DNA of 64,000 nucleotides from Folioceros fuciformis (GCA_049999805.1 JBNGIO010004611.1:1-64000), one strand, 5' to 3'; shown: positions 24,200 through 35,720, counted from the stretch's first letter. Translations and numbers: made by a program. The notes: a model not told the origin generated them from the sequence alone.

Positions 24200-25667
24200 G
24201 GATTAATGATGATAAGGAACCTCTTACTTCTTAAGTAGTAGCACATCAAAATTCAGCATATACTAATATTGTTCAACCAATTGCTTGAGGTTGAGGTTGA
24301 GGTCAATGTATGTAAATATATCTTCAAAAGTGTAGCTAAGAATATTAAATGAAGTACCATATTCTTTATTGATGGTAGCTTTTGCACCTTTCACTTTTCT
24401 TTCCATCACTCTCAAAAGCAAATCGTGTTCCCTATATGTCACACTCTTTCATTATTTTGAGTGACAATAACAATGCAAAACACAAGCAATAAAGTCTTCA
24501 TTCCATCCTCAATGTAATTGTAAACAACAATGGAAGAGGCAAAGTACTTTTAACAAGACTTGTACCATTTATCTATGACTTTATTTTTTATGAGCTTTGA
24601 TCTAATCATTTTATCTGGATGAATGATCCGGCACAAAACATATTTTGTTTTAAGTCGTCATCTTTCATCTTGTTTTGTTTTGTGGAACAAGCTTGCAAGG
24701 AGTAGTTTCCAATGCTCTAATGTGTGCCAATGTTTCTTGGGCGATGCCATTGTGCAAGATGTCTTCTTCTTTTAGCTTTCAGTGTGTGGTTTTTGTGAAA
24801 AATAAAAATAAAAATTAATTCTGGTCTTAAATTTTAATTTGTTCTTTCTTGCAAGAAGAAAAGCCATGTGCCATACTTCAGTGTCAGAAGTATGAGCTCA
24901 GTATCAACATTGATCCTCCTTTATATTGCAAGACTTAGTGAGCCTCCATGACAATATCTTCTCATGACTTATGACTTGTTTAGTTTGAGCTCTTATTATA
25001 GATCATAATCCATTCCCCAAATCTTTCCAGGCCACAAAACAAATTTGTTTTATGTGTGCTCCTTCCATTGAATGTTGCTCAAAACAATGATATGTAGCTC
25101 ATCATGATATAAAAAATATGAAAATATTTTAAGAGTGTAAAGATTGTTTGCTCATACTTAAGAATTTAAGGACAACAAGACCCATAAAAGGAGGAGAAAA
25201 TAGGTAGGTGTATTAATTTAAAAACGTAGAAAATCGTTATAACTACCATATATTATACAATCATATCATTTGTTTCACCATTTATAGTTCTTGATCAAAT
25301 TAATAATAAAGACGATTATAAACCAATGTTCGTATAAGTTTGCTTTAGCTTTTCTAGTTTATGCTTTAGTTTCTTGCAGCTTATACTGAAGTGATGTGAC
25401 TGGAGGTAGAGGACTATACCCAGTCAACCTCCTTGAATGTGGCATCAAAGGGTTGCTGTTGCCTCCAAAAATAGGGGTGTTTCAACCCCTGATGCGAATA
25501 TCGTCGTGAAAGTAGAGCAGATAGCAGATACACACCTTCCCCAGATGCTCAAGGAGCAGCCAGTTGTGCGTGTTCCACGATTCAAGCTTCTGTGACAACA
25601 TGGCATCATAAGGTTATTTGGTGTAAATCTGCACCAGCAGTCATGTATCCTTCATTGGCTCTATCCT

Positions 25668-27899
25668 TCACGCCTGGGAAAGAGCTGTTTCAGGTGTGCT
25701 TCGCTTCCTCTCCCCAACTGAAAAGCTATGCACCAGTCCGTTCAAGTCTGTCCACCAGCTCTGGCCCGGTTGCTTCCAGGCCCCAAGTACTTTCCTCCTC
25801 ACCTGCAACTCTGCTGCCTCCTCCCACATCTGGGCTGCGGTATATATGTTTGACATCGATACGTATGCTGCGGCATCTTTGTCATCTAGCTTAACTGCTT
25901 CATCAAAAGCACAGCGTCCTACCTCCACGTTGCCCCACTTCTGACAAGCACCCAATAGAGTATGCCAAACTGCATCAGGGGCCTGCACAGGCATTGTCCT
26001 CACGATCAATAGTGCTTCATCGAGGTGACCTGCACGACTTAAGAGATCGACCATGCATGAGTAGTGCTCTGTAGAGGGAGTGATGCCGTAGTCTCTGCTC
26101 ATAGTGTCAAACAACTCTCGCCCCTGGTTTACGAGACCTGCATGACTGCAAACTGTTAGTACACTGAGCAATGTGACGCCATTTGGCTGTGTGCCACCCG
26201 TTTTCATTCTGTGAAGCAAGTCCAACACCACATCGGTGTCTCCCTGGCGCGTGTATCCTGCTATCAGAGCATTCCAAGCGATGACCTCTCTTTCTGGCAA
26301 TGCATCAAACACCTGCTGTGCATTCACCATGCTCCCCGACTTTGCATACATGTTGATCAAACTGATGGATACCACTTCATCAGCTAGAAGCCCTGCTTCT
26401 TCAATCTGAGCATGAAGCTGCCTTCCCACGTTTAAAGCTGCCACACTTGCACATGCTTGCAGCAAGCTCACAAAGGTCACGGAATCAGGTTGAGCGATTC
26501 CTTCCTCTTGCATAACGCTGTAGAGGCCAAGGGCTTCCTGGCCCATGCCTTGTTGGGAATATCCAGCTATCATGGCATTCCATGTCACGACGTCTTTCTG
26601 ACCAAGTTTGTCGAACACGAGTTGGGCGTTCTCTATGCTCCCGCATTTTGCATACATGTTTATCAGACTATTGGCTACAAATACATCACCATGTAGCCCG
26701 TGACCTTTAATCTGTTTATGAAAATGCTTCCCCTTCTCTAAAGCTGGGCTACCAATGCTTGCGCATGCCTGGAGGAGGGTTGAAAATGTGACGGTATTCG
26801 GTACAGCTAAGCCTTCCTCTTGCATAGCACTGTAAACATCAAAAGCTTGTTTGGCCATGCCCTGCTGGGAATATCCTGCTATCATTGCATTCCAGGTAAC
26901 TACATTTTTCTGCGGGAGTTTATCAAACACCCTCTGAGCAACCTCTATCGTGCCACACCTCGCATACATGTTTACCAGGCTGCAGCCCACAACCACATCA
27001 CCGTCAAGACCTCGTCTTACAATCTGCCTGTGAAGCTCCTTACCCTGTTCCATGGCCGGAATACCAAGAGTTGCACATGCCTGCAGAAGGCCCACAAAAG
27101 TAACTCTATCAGGCGCAGCGATGCCTTCTTGTTGCATAGCTCTGTACAGACGAAGGGCTTCCTCACCTATGCCCTTCTGCGAATATCCTGAGATCATGGC
27201 ATTCCAGGTCACTACGTTCTTTTGAGGCAGTCCGTCAAACACTCTTTGAGCATCTTCCAAGCTGCCACACTTGGCATACATGTCCACCAAGGAACTACAA
27301 ACAAAATGATCACACTCAACCCCACTGATCAAGACATCAGCATGCACCTGCTGCCCAGTTTCCAGGTCTGCTGCCCGTGCAGAAGCCTGTAGGGCCGCCA
27401 CAAACACATGGCCATCCGGCTTCACACTTGAGCTGCGCATCTGATGATACAATTGTATGGCCTGCTTAGCTTGGCCATGCTGAACATGTGCAGAGATTAT
27501 GGAAGACCACATGTAAGCATCTGCCTTTTCAACGGTGAACACATCCATCGCTTCTTGCAATCTGGCCTGAGAGGCGTACATTCGCAGGATGTGGTTGCAC
27601 AGGAACGTGTCCGACTCAGACCCCTTTGTCACGGTGAGAGCATGGACACGACGACCCAGAATCAGATCCTTCGTCATCATACAGCGTTTCAGAACTCTTC
27701 GAAAGAGATCTTTCGGAATAAGACTTTCCGTCTGCGCCAGAACTCCCAGAGCCTCGACAGCTTGACTGAGCTGCCCCTGCTCACATAGCTTGCTTACGGT
27801 CTCCACCGTTACATCCCTTTCGTACCCTGCAGGCCTGAGAGGCTCAGGATCAGCCCGCCAACCCCAGTTCGAAGGAGGGGCAGGGCAACCCATCTGCAT
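25668..27899 (-). CDS. PLS-class PPR protein A (4 P1L1S1-type L motifs + P2L2S2-E1-E2 + truncated E+), organellar RNA-editing specificity factor
   Basis: Repeating VVTWNAMI.GYSQQG / VTF..LLQACA / SL.NMYAKCGS triplets; EHYSCMVDLLSRAG, VWHTLLGACQKWGN, AAAYVSMSNIY, WKQPGQSWWTD..VHSFSVG; no HSE/CxxCH/DYW. First ATG at 27899 (the ORF-track start is GTG). Confidence 0.93.
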   Translation of the reverse strand: MQMGCPAPPSNWGWRADPEPLRPAGYERDVTVETVSKLCEQGQLSQAVEALGVLAQTESLIPKDLFRRVLKRCMMTKDLILGRRVHALTVTKGSESDTFLCNHILRMYASQARLQEAMDVFTVEKADAYMWSSIISAHVQHGQAKQAIQLYHQMRSSSVKPDGHVFVAALQASARAADLETGQQVHADVLISGVECDHFVCSSLVDMYAKCGSLEDAQRVFDGLPQKNVVTWNAMISGYSQKGIGEEALRLYRAMQQEGIAAPDRVTFVGLLQACATLGIPAMEQGKELHRQIVRRGLDGDVVVGCSLVNMYARCGTIEVAQRVFDKLPQKNVVTWNAMIAGYSQQGMAKQAFDVYSAMQEEGLAVPNTVTFSTLLQACASIGSPALEKGKHFHKQIKGHGLHGDVFVANSLINMYAKCGSIENAQLVFDKLGQKDVVTWNAMIAGYSQQGMGQEALGLYSVMQEEGIAQPDSVTFVSLLQACASVAALNVGRQLHAQIEEAGLLADEVVSISLINMYAKSGSMVNAQQVFDALPEREVIAWNALIAGYTRQGDTDVVLDLLHRMKTGGTQPNGVTLLSVLTVCSHAGLVNQGRELFDTMSRDYGITPSTEHYSCMVDLLSRAGHLDEALLIVRTMPVQAPDAVWHTLLGACQKWGNVEVGRCAFDEAVKLDDKDAAAYVSMSNIYTAAQMWEEAAELQVRRKVLGAWKQPGQSWWTDLNGLVHSFSVGERKRSTPETALSQA

Positions 27900-29433
27900 G
27901 TCCGGAGCAGCCAACTGGGCATCCACCCAATCTGGCTTGCTGAATTGTTTAGTGAGGAGACCTCTTCAGATTCCGAGCGCCGTAAATCAGGAGAATGGGA
28001 ATTGTTCTCGCCTTCCCTGTTATTCCATCCGAGTCTAAGGTCCAGAAATAATCGTCAGCACAAGAGATCGTCGGTGGAGGACTTTTCTCCAGCCAGACAG
28101 TCTGGTGGACGAGCTGCGAGCCTGCTTTTCGCGGGTTCGTTGTGTGCCAAGGCTTGACCTCTTCAAGACAGGTAAGTCGGAGCTCTTCCCAGGACAGGAA
28201 AACTGTCCCACCAACAGATCCTGTGACCCTGCGCCAGAATCAAGAGTAATGCTACAGGTAGCTATGGCTAGCAGAAGCGCTGTAGATTGTAGCCTGAACG
28301 TACAATCTGCGGGCTAGCCAAGAAATTCCCTTGCATTGCTGATACGCAAACGATTCAGGCAATTGACTTCACCGGCATTCACCAAACAAACTGCTTTGCG
28401 AGGTCCGTTGCCACAGTTATCCAGTCTCTGCACGACAGATCTCCAAAATGTACTGCCAGCCGCAGTCTAAACCACCTCCACGGTTCCTCACTCCCTCAGG
28501 CCAATAGTTCTCCATCTGGTTTGCAAAGCAAGTGACTCAGGAAATCTGGCCTTTCTCCTGCTTTGCAAACTGGCTCTTGTCAAAACGAAATGCACACAGC
28601 TCACAAGCCCATCCAGAATCTTGTGTCTGATTTGCCAGCAATCTAGATACAAGTGTGATCTCCCCAATTCTCCCTGCTTGCCATGTCTCTCGAATTTTAT
28701 CCAGCAGTTTTGAAGCTGGCCTTCGTTTGCGAACAGACTGTTGCTGTTCAAGAGACTTGGTTTCCAGAAAACTGAAATACCAAGTACGACAGACTGGATT
28801 TGGACGTGATTCAAAACTTGCGATTGTGCCATCGCGCGAGCTCAGGTCGGCCAGTGATTTTTTTCTTAGATTCGCGCAATATTCACAGGGTTTAAGACGT
28901 GGTCTAACCATCAGCCTTCTTGGGAGCGCAGGAGGCTCAGCATATTTCGTGGACTACACCACGGCGTTTTGTCATGGAAGACATGGTCTCCATCCTTGTC
29001 ATCTAGGACACATAAGCCTGGTATTTGATGGATACGAGGAACCCGGTTTTGCCATCCGGGACATCTGCAGCACGCAGACGCATTCTGAATTTGCACTCAG
29101 GTACCTCTTGGTGGTAAGAGGGCGGTGTATCTCGTGGTAGGTTTACGATCACCTGTTTGTCGGTGGGGAGAGGAGAAGCTGGTTCACTGACGTTGGTTGG
29201 GGTTGGTCACTAGCACAAACGTGAGAAGAGGAAGCCAGTCCTGCAAATGAGGAAGCGCACCACTGTGATCTGAAAGGAGTCCTCTTACACCAAACCATCA
29301 TTGCATTGGTGTTGACTGAGAGGAAAGAAAACCTCCAATTCTGACGTGGGGAAGAGGAAACGGGGAGCTTTGACTGTCATGTTGGGAGCAGTATATGAAC
29401 TTATACATGCGTCCAATGTCTACTCGGTGAGTC

Positions 29434-32400
29434 ATGACTGCCGGCAGCATTGCACCTGACGTACGCGCAGGGGGCCGACAAGATCTGCTGCGGGCAGAAT
29501 TTCTCTGGACACGACAGATTGGTGGATTAACATGTCATCTTGGAGGAGCTCCGGTCTACCTGGCTGCAAGGAGTCAACTAATGGTAGAAAGTAAGGCCGC
29601 CAGGTGCAGCAGCCTTGCGAGCCACCCAGTCTGTGTGACCCGAGAATGGTCTACTGGCGAGGCTCGTTACCAGGGGGCCTTGTGGCGACAATTTTTCCTG
29701 GTCCTTGCATTTCGCCCTTGTTGCCGCCAGGAGTCTCACGATGTTACCTGGCTGAACAGCTTGAGGAAGCCAACTTGGATGGGTGCGCAGGTGGCTGCTT
29801 TGGACATTCACATGACTTCTTCTGCCTCTACATTCCAGTGGAGCTTGCCGAATGAACCTGACCGTCGCAGGCATATGAATGTGAGCAATCTATGTCAGCA
29901 GGGGCAGCTCCATAAGGCCGTTGAGGCTTTGGGCATTCTGGTGCAGACAGACTTTCGTGTTTCCAGGTCTCTCTTCTATACTGTTCTGAAAACTTGTTTT
30001 GATAAGAAGGATCTGGTTCTGGGTCGCCGCGTCCATGCTCTCTCCATTGAAGAGGGGTTTGAGTCGGACACCTTCTTGTGCAATCACATCGTGCGAATGT
30101 ATGCCTCTCATTCGAGGTTGCAAGAAGCGATGGACGCTTTCACATTCGTTGCAAAACCTGATGCCTTCATGTGGTCATCCATATTATCTGCGCATGTTCA
30201 GCTTGGACAAGCTAAGCAGGCCATACTACTGTATCATGAAATGCGCAGGTCAAGTGTAAAACCAGATGGCCATGTGTTTGTAGCTGCTCTGCGGGCCTGT
30301 GCCAAGGGATTAGATCTGAAAAGTGGGCAGCAGGTCCATGCTGATTTGGTGGCCAGTGGTGTCGAGCCTGATATGTTTGTTTGTAGTTGCTTGGTTGACA
30401 TGTATGCAAAATGTGGCAGCTTACAAGATGCTCAAAGAGTGTTCGATGGCCTTAGCAAGAAAGATGTGGTAACGTGGAATGCCATGATAGCAGCTTATTC
30501 GCAACAGGGCATGGGTCAAGAATCCCTTCGTCTACACAGGGTTATGCAACAGGAAGGCATAGCTGCACCTGATTCTGTGACATTTGTGTGCCTCTTACAG
30601 GCATGTGCGGGTGTGGGGATTCCAGCTCTGGAGACGGGAAAACAGCTTCACAGACAGATTGAAGAACAAGGACTTCAGGCTGATGTAGTAGTCGGCTGTA
30701 GCTTGGTAAACATGTATGCCAAGTGTGGCAGCCTGCAGGAGGCTCACAGTGTTTTTAATACACTTCCTCAAAAGAATGTAGTGACGTGGACTGCTCTGAT
30801 AGTAGGATATTCTCAGCAGGGCATGGGCCAAGACGCCCTCGATCTTTACAGTGCCATGCAAGAGGAAGGAATTGATGCACCAGATTCGGTGTCATTTGCG
30901 TGCCTCCTCCAGGCATGCTCAAATGTGGGTCCCCTGGCTTTGGAGAATGGGAAGCAGTTACATGCACAGATACGAGAACGACAGCTCCAGGATGACGCCA
31001 TTATAGGTTGTGGCCTGGTACACATGTATTCAAAGTGTGGCAGCGTGGAGGATGCTCAGAGTGTGTTTGACGGCCTTGGTCAGAAAGACGTGGTTACGTG
31101 GACCGCCCTTATATCCGGATATGTCCAGCAGGGCAGGGGTCATGAAGCCCTAAGTCTCTACAGTACAATGCAAGAAGAGGGAAACGTTGCACCCGATACT
31201 GTGACATTTATGTGCCTCCTGCAAGCATGTGCGGATGTGGCAGCTTTGCATCTAGGTAGGCAACTTCATGCACAGATAAGAGAACGAGGAGTTGAATCTG
31301 ATCTGTCTGTAGCCAACAAGTTGATCGACATGTATGCGCGATGTAACAGCCTAGACGATGCTCAGAGTGTTTTTGATGGACTTCGTCAGAAGGATGCAGT
31401 AACATGGACCACGCTGATAACAGGATATTCCCGGCAGGGAATGGGTGAGAAAGCCCTTAATCTTTACAGCTCAATGCAAAATGAAGGCATTGCTGCACCC
31501 GATTCTGTGACATTTGTGTCTCTCCTTCAGGCATGTGCAAGTGTCGGTCTCCAAGCTTTGGAGAAAGGGAAGCAGCTTCATGCACAGATAGGAGAACGAG
31601 GACTTCAGGTTGACGTAGTTTTGGGCTCCAGCCTGGTAACAATGTATGCTAAATGTGGCAGCTTACATGACGCGCAGTTTGTGTTTGACAGTCTCCCTCA
31701 AAAAAATGTGGTAACGTGGACGGCTCTGATATCAGGATATTCCCAGCAAGGTATGGGTGAGGAAGCCCTTCGTCTTTACAGCTCGATGCAACAGGAGGGC
31801 CTTGCTCCACCTGATTCCGTCACATTTGTGTCTCTGTTGCAAGCTTGCGCAAGTGTGGCAGCTTTGCATGCGGGAAGGCAACTTCATATGCAGATCGAAG
31901 AACAAGGGCTTCAAGCTGACGTTCTTGTCGCCATGAGTCTAGTGAATATGTATGCAAGGTCTGCGAGCATGACTGATGCACAACAAGTGTTCGATACATT
32001 GCCCGGAAGAGATGTCATTTCCTGGAATGCGCTGATTGCAGGATACGCTCGTCATGGACAGAGTGAGATAGTTTTCGACTTGGTTCACAGGATGAGAGAG
32101 GCTGGCACACGGCCAAATGGGGTTACATTCTTGAGTCTGTTAGCAGTATGCAGTCACGCCGGTCTAGTGACCCGAGGGCGAGAGTACTTCGAGGCGATGA
32201 GCGGACACTACGGAATCTCTCCTTCCACGGAGCACTACTCATGCATGGTGGACCTGCTGGGCCGTGCAGGCCACCTTGACGAGGCACTATCGGTGGTGAA
32301 GACAATGCCTCTACAGCCTGATGCTGCAGTTTGGTACAGTCTATTGGGTGCTTGCCAGAAATGGAGCAACGTAGAAATTGGACGCCTTGCTTTTAATGAG

Positions 32401-32703
32401 GCACTGAAGCTAAACAAGACAGATTCTGCACCATATGTTCTCATGTCAAACATATATAAAGCTTCTCAGATGTGGGAGGAGGCTGAGGAGATGCAGGAGA
32501 GGAGAGTAGGAATCGGTGCGTGGAAGGAGCCTGGCCAGAGCTGGTGGACAGACACCGGTGGGCTGGTGCATAAGTTTGTGGTTGGGGATGACAGGCATCC
32601 AGAGAGTGAAGCCATATATTCTCGGCTTAAAGAGCTTGTGCCTAGCATGAAAGAAAAAGGGTACGTGCCGCTTCCTGATTCGTCTTACCGGGTCACATCG
32701 TGA
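29434..32703 (+). CDS. PLS-class PPR protein B (6 P1L1S1-type L motifs + P2L2S2-E1-E2-E+)
   Basis: 1089-aa intronless ORF of PLS triplets ending WKEPGQSWWTD..VHKFVVGDDRHPESEAIYSRLKEL..MKEKGYVP..*; stops before the deaminase core. The true start may be M116 (29779) or M127 (29812). Confidence 0.95.
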   Translation: MTAGSIAPDVRAGGRQDLLRAEFLWTRQIGGLTCHLGGAPVYLAARSQLMVESKAARCSSLASHPVCVTREWSTGEARYQGALWRQFFLVLAFRPCCRQESHDVTWLNSLRKPTWMGAQVAALDIHMTSSASTFQWSLPNEPDRRRHMNVSNLCQQGQLHKAVEALGILVQTDFRVSRSLFYTVLKTCFDKKDLVLGRRVHALSIEEGFESDTFLCNHIVRMYASHSRLQEAMDAFTFVAKPDAFMWSSILSAHVQLGQAKQAILLYHEMRRSSVKPDGHVFVAALRACAKGLDLKSGQQVHADLVASGVEPDMFVCSCLVDMYAKCGSLQDAQRVFDGLSKKDVVTWNAMIAAYSQQGMGQESLRLHRVMQQEGIAAPDSVTFVCLLQACAGVGIPALETGKQLHRQIEEQGLQADVVVGCSLVNMYAKCGSLQEAHSVFNTLPQKNVVTWTALIVGYSQQGMGQDALDLYSAMQEEGIDAPDSVSFACLLQACSNVGPLALENGKQLHAQIRERQLQDDAIIGCGLVHMYSKCGSVEDAQSVFDGLGQKDVVTWTALISGYVQQGRGHEALSLYSTMQEEGNVAPDTVTFMCLLQACADVAALHLGRQLHAQIRERGVESDLSVANKLIDMYARCNSLDDAQSVFDGLRQKDAVTWTTLITGYSRQGMGEKALNLYSSMQNEGIAAPDSVTFVSLLQACASVGLQALEKGKQLHAQIGERGLQVDVVLGSSLVTMYAKCGSLHDAQFVFDSLPQKNVVTWTALISGYSQQGMGEEALRLYSSMQQEGLAPPDSVTFVSLLQACASVAALHAGRQLHMQIEEQGLQADVLVAMSLVNMYARSASMTDAQQVFDTLPGRDVISWNALIAGYARHGQSEIVFDLVHRMREAGTRPNGVTFLSLLAVCSHAGLVTRGREYFEAMSGHYGISPSTEHYSCMVDLLGRAGHLDEALSVVKTMPLQPDAAVWYSLLGACQKWSNVEIGRLAFNEALKLNKTDSAPYVLMSNIYKASQMWEEAEEMQERRVGIGAWKEPGQSWWTDTGGLVHKFVVGDDRHPESEAIYSRLKELVPSMKEKGYVPLPDSSYRVTS

Positions 32704-33307
32704 CATCTCAAAGCGATTGCAATTCATGCGTTGCAATCCCCCTCCAAGCTCTTCACCTTCCTTGCACCGTCCCTCAACCCGTAGTTCGAACATGATGCTG
32801 ATGAAAAACTTTCCGCGACAAGATCCATGATATTTTCCAGGGGTTGTCGCCAGAATCCGCAGTCAGTCTAGTGCAGTTCGGAAGGTGTCTGGTGTTGACA
32901 CTCTGGAAGCTGAGATATTCCATTCACACCAGGATGTGCTCCCGCGGGTGATGGCAGCCTGCATTCCACTTGATTCTCGTACAGCTACGGAATCGACTGT
33001 CGCGCAAGCTTATCTGAAGGTGCCGAATTGGAATCGGTAGACTAACGTGTGTTCCAGGAACAGTTGCAGATGACCTTTCTGTCTCGAATCCACGTCGTTG
33101 AAGCAAATGTCCGGCTGGGGAGAAGCGTTGCCGAGGCCTTGGATGGCGACAATTTGCGCAGGAACATTGCAGTTTGTTGGGTTCAATGGCAACATCAGGA
33201 GAGCTCTTCGCCTGCCTGGTGTCCGAGATAGGGAGTTCCACGAGTCGTGTGGCTAAATAGCAGTGTACGAGCTAGCTTGGGTACTTGCGCAGGTGGCTGC
33301 TCCGGAT

Positions 33308-35557
33308 ATGCAGATGGCTAGCTGTGCTCCCTCATCCATCGAACTTTCTTCTGCACGGTTCCACATGGGCGTGACACCTGAAGCTTTGAGCAATTTTTGT
33401 GAGCAGGGGCAGCTCATTGACGCGGTTGAGGCTCTCGGGGTTCTGGTGCAGTCGGGCTGTCGCATTTCGAAACCTGCGTTCTACACTGTGTTCCAGACAT
33501 GTGTGGTTAACAAGGACATAGTTCTGGGTCGCCGAGTTCATGCTCTCAGCGTGAAGCAGGGCTATGAATCGGACACGTTCTTGTGCAATCACATCCTCCG
33601 AATGTATGCTTCTCAGGGTAAGTTACAGGAAGCGATGGATGTGTTCACTGCGGTTGCCAAACCCAATGTCTTCATGTGGTCTTCCATCGTGCATGCCCAT
33701 GTCAAACAGGGGCAAAGTAAGCAGGCCATACAATTGTACCAGCAGATGCGCAAGTCAACTGTGAAGCCAGATGGCCATGTGTTTGTTGCAGCCCTGCAGG
33801 CTTGCGCAAGGGAAGCAGACTTGAAAACGGGAGAACTGGTGCATGCTGATGTGATGGCCAGTGGCATTGAGCCCGATGAGTTTGTCTGTAGTTGTTTGGT
33901 GGATATGTATGTCAAATGTGGCAGCTTGGAAGATGCTCAAAGAGTATTCGATGGACTCCCTCGAAAAAATGTGGTGACTTGGACTGCTTTGATAGTGGGC
34001 TATTCCCAGCAGGGCATGGGTGAGGAAGCACTTGGATTATACCGTGCTATGCGACAAGAAGGCATGGCTGCACCTGATGCCGTGACATTTGTGTGCCTCC
34101 TTCAGGCCTGTGCAAGTATTGGCATTCCTGCTTTGGAGACAGGGAAGAAGCTCCATCTAGAGATTAGAGAAAAAGGATTTCATGCTGATATTGCTATTGC
34201 AAACAGTTTGATAGTAATGTACATGAAGTGTTGCAGCCTACAGGATGCTCAGACCGTGTTTGACAGACTTGATAAGAAGGATGTGGTGACCTGGAATGCC
34301 ATGATAGCAGGATATTCTCAGCAGAAAATGGGTCACAAGGCCTTTAATTTCTATGATGCTATGCAAGAGGAAGGTATCTCTCCACCTGATTCTGTGACTT
34401 TTGTTTGTCTCCTGCAGGCCTGTGCAAATGTTGGTGCCGCCGCTTTGGAGAGGGGGAAGCAGCTGCATGTACAGATTGGAGAACGAAAACTTCACCTTGA
34501 CGTAGTTTTAGGCTGCAGTTTGGTAAACATGTACGCTAAGTGTGGTAGCTTAGAGGATGCACAGTGTGTATTTGACAGACTTCCTCAAAAGAATGTGGTT
34601 ACGTGGACAGCACTCATATCAGGATATTCCCAGCAAGGCATGGGTGAGGAAGCCCTTCGCATTTACAGCTCTATGCAGCAGGAGGGCATTGCTCCACCAG
34701 ATTCCGTCACATTTGTGTGTCTCCTGCAAGCGTGTGCAAGTGTGGCAGCTCTGCATGCAGGAAGGCATCTTCATTTTCAAATTGAACAACAAAGGCTTCA
34801 AACTAATGTATTCATAGCCGTCAGCTTGATAAACATGTATGCAAAGGCTGGGAGCATAGCTGATGCGCAGCAGGTCTTTGATGTGTTGCCTGAAAAAGAT
34901 CTTGTTGCGTGGAATGCGTTGATTGCAGGATACACCTCTCAAGGAGACAGTGAATCCGTCTTTGACTTGGTGCACAGAATGAGAGAGGATGGTATACAAC
35001 CTGACGGCATCACGTTCCTCAGTATGTTAACAGCTTGCAGTCATGCGGGCGCAGTGAAAAAGGGGCGAAGGTATTTTGAGGCTATGAGGAGACAGTATGG
35101 CGTCAGTCCCTCCATGGAGCACTACTCTTGCATGGTGGATCTCCTGGGTCGTGCAGGCCACCTTGAGGATGCATTAGCAATCGTAAGAGCCATGCCAGAA
35201 CTGCCGGATAACACAGTTTGGCACAGTCTCTTGGGTGCTTGTCGGAAGTGGAGCAATGTGAAGGTGGGACGTCAAGCCTTCCATGAAGCAATCAAGCTAG
35301 ATAAGAAAGATGTTGTAGCATATGTGTTGATGGCGAACATATACACTGGTGCTCAGATGTGGGAGGAGGCACGGGAGATCCAGGAGATCAGAAAACAATG
35401 CTGTGCATGGAAGGAACCGGGGCAGAGCTGGTGGACCGACATGGATGGACTGGTGCACTGTTTTGTGGTTGGGGATAAGAAGCATGCCGAGAGTGAGGCC
35501 ATCTATGCAAGCCTGAGACATCTGGTTAGTAGAATAGACGCTGAAGGGTGTGCATAA
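33308..35557 (+). CDS. PLS-class PPR protein C (4 P1L1S1-type L motifs + P2L2S2-E1-E2-E+)
   Basis: PLS triplets, E motifs and WKEPGQSWWTD..VHCFVVGDKKHAESEAIYASL..EGCA*. First ATG at 33308 (DMQM). Confidence 0.94.
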   Translation: MQMASCAPSSIELSSARFHMGVTPEALSNFCEQGQLIDAVEALGVLVQSGCRISKPAFYTVFQTCVVNKDIVLGRRVHALSVKQGYESDTFLCNHILRMYASQGKLQEAMDVFTAVAKPNVFMWSSIVHAHVKQGQSKQAIQLYQQMRKSTVKPDGHVFVAALQACAREADLKTGELVHADVMASGIEPDEFVCSCLVDMYVKCGSLEDAQRVFDGLPRKNVVTWTALIVGYSQQGMGEEALGLYRAMRQEGMAAPDAVTFVCLLQACASIGIPALETGKKLHLEIREKGFHADIAIANSLIVMYMKCCSLQDAQTVFDRLDKKDVVTWNAMIAGYSQQKMGHKAFNFYDAMQEEGISPPDSVTFVCLLQACANVGAAALERGKQLHVQIGERKLHLDVVLGCSLVNMYAKCGSLEDAQCVFDRLPQKNVVTWTALISGYSQQGMGEEALRIYSSMQQEGIAPPDSVTFVCLLQACASVAALHAGRHLHFQIEQQRLQTNVFIAVSLINMYAKAGSIADAQQVFDVLPEKDLVAWNALIAGYTSQGDSESVFDLVHRMREDGIQPDGITFLSMLTACSHAGAVKKGRRYFEAMRRQYGVSPSMEHYSCMVDLLGRAGHLEDALAIVRAMPELPDNTVWHSLLGACRKWSNVKVGRQAFHEAIKLDKKDVVAYVLMANIYTGAQMWEEAREIQEIRKQCCAWKEPGQSWWTDMDGLVHCFVVGDKKHAESEAIYASLRHLVSRIDAEGCA

Positions 35558-35720
35558 CCGACGGACCTGTCATTGCAGGAAAATACCTGATGATGAAGAG
35601 CAAGGCAGATCTTGTGTTGGAGACAGCCACACGCTGGCTATAGGCTACGTGAGATCTGAGGGCATCAGAACACTACGCGACAAAATTGTGGATGTGTGAA
35701 CTTTGTATAGATATCAGATA
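35558..35720 (+). pseudogene. Decayed DYW cytidine-deaminase domain remnant in the 3' flank of PPR C
   Basis: From 35583: IPDDEEQGRSCVGDSHTLAIGY..RTLR, then after a frameshift KLWMCELC, collinear with the DYW consensus ..EEKE..LC.HSEKLAIAYG..(I/L)R..KNL..C.DCH. Confidence 0.65.

Noticed and set aside
32700-32750. HLKAIAIHALQSP after the PPR B stop as a DYW HSEKLAIA remnant
   Set aside because: Similarity is weak and the spacing is short of consensus; unlike the PPR C remnant there is no downstream CxxC.
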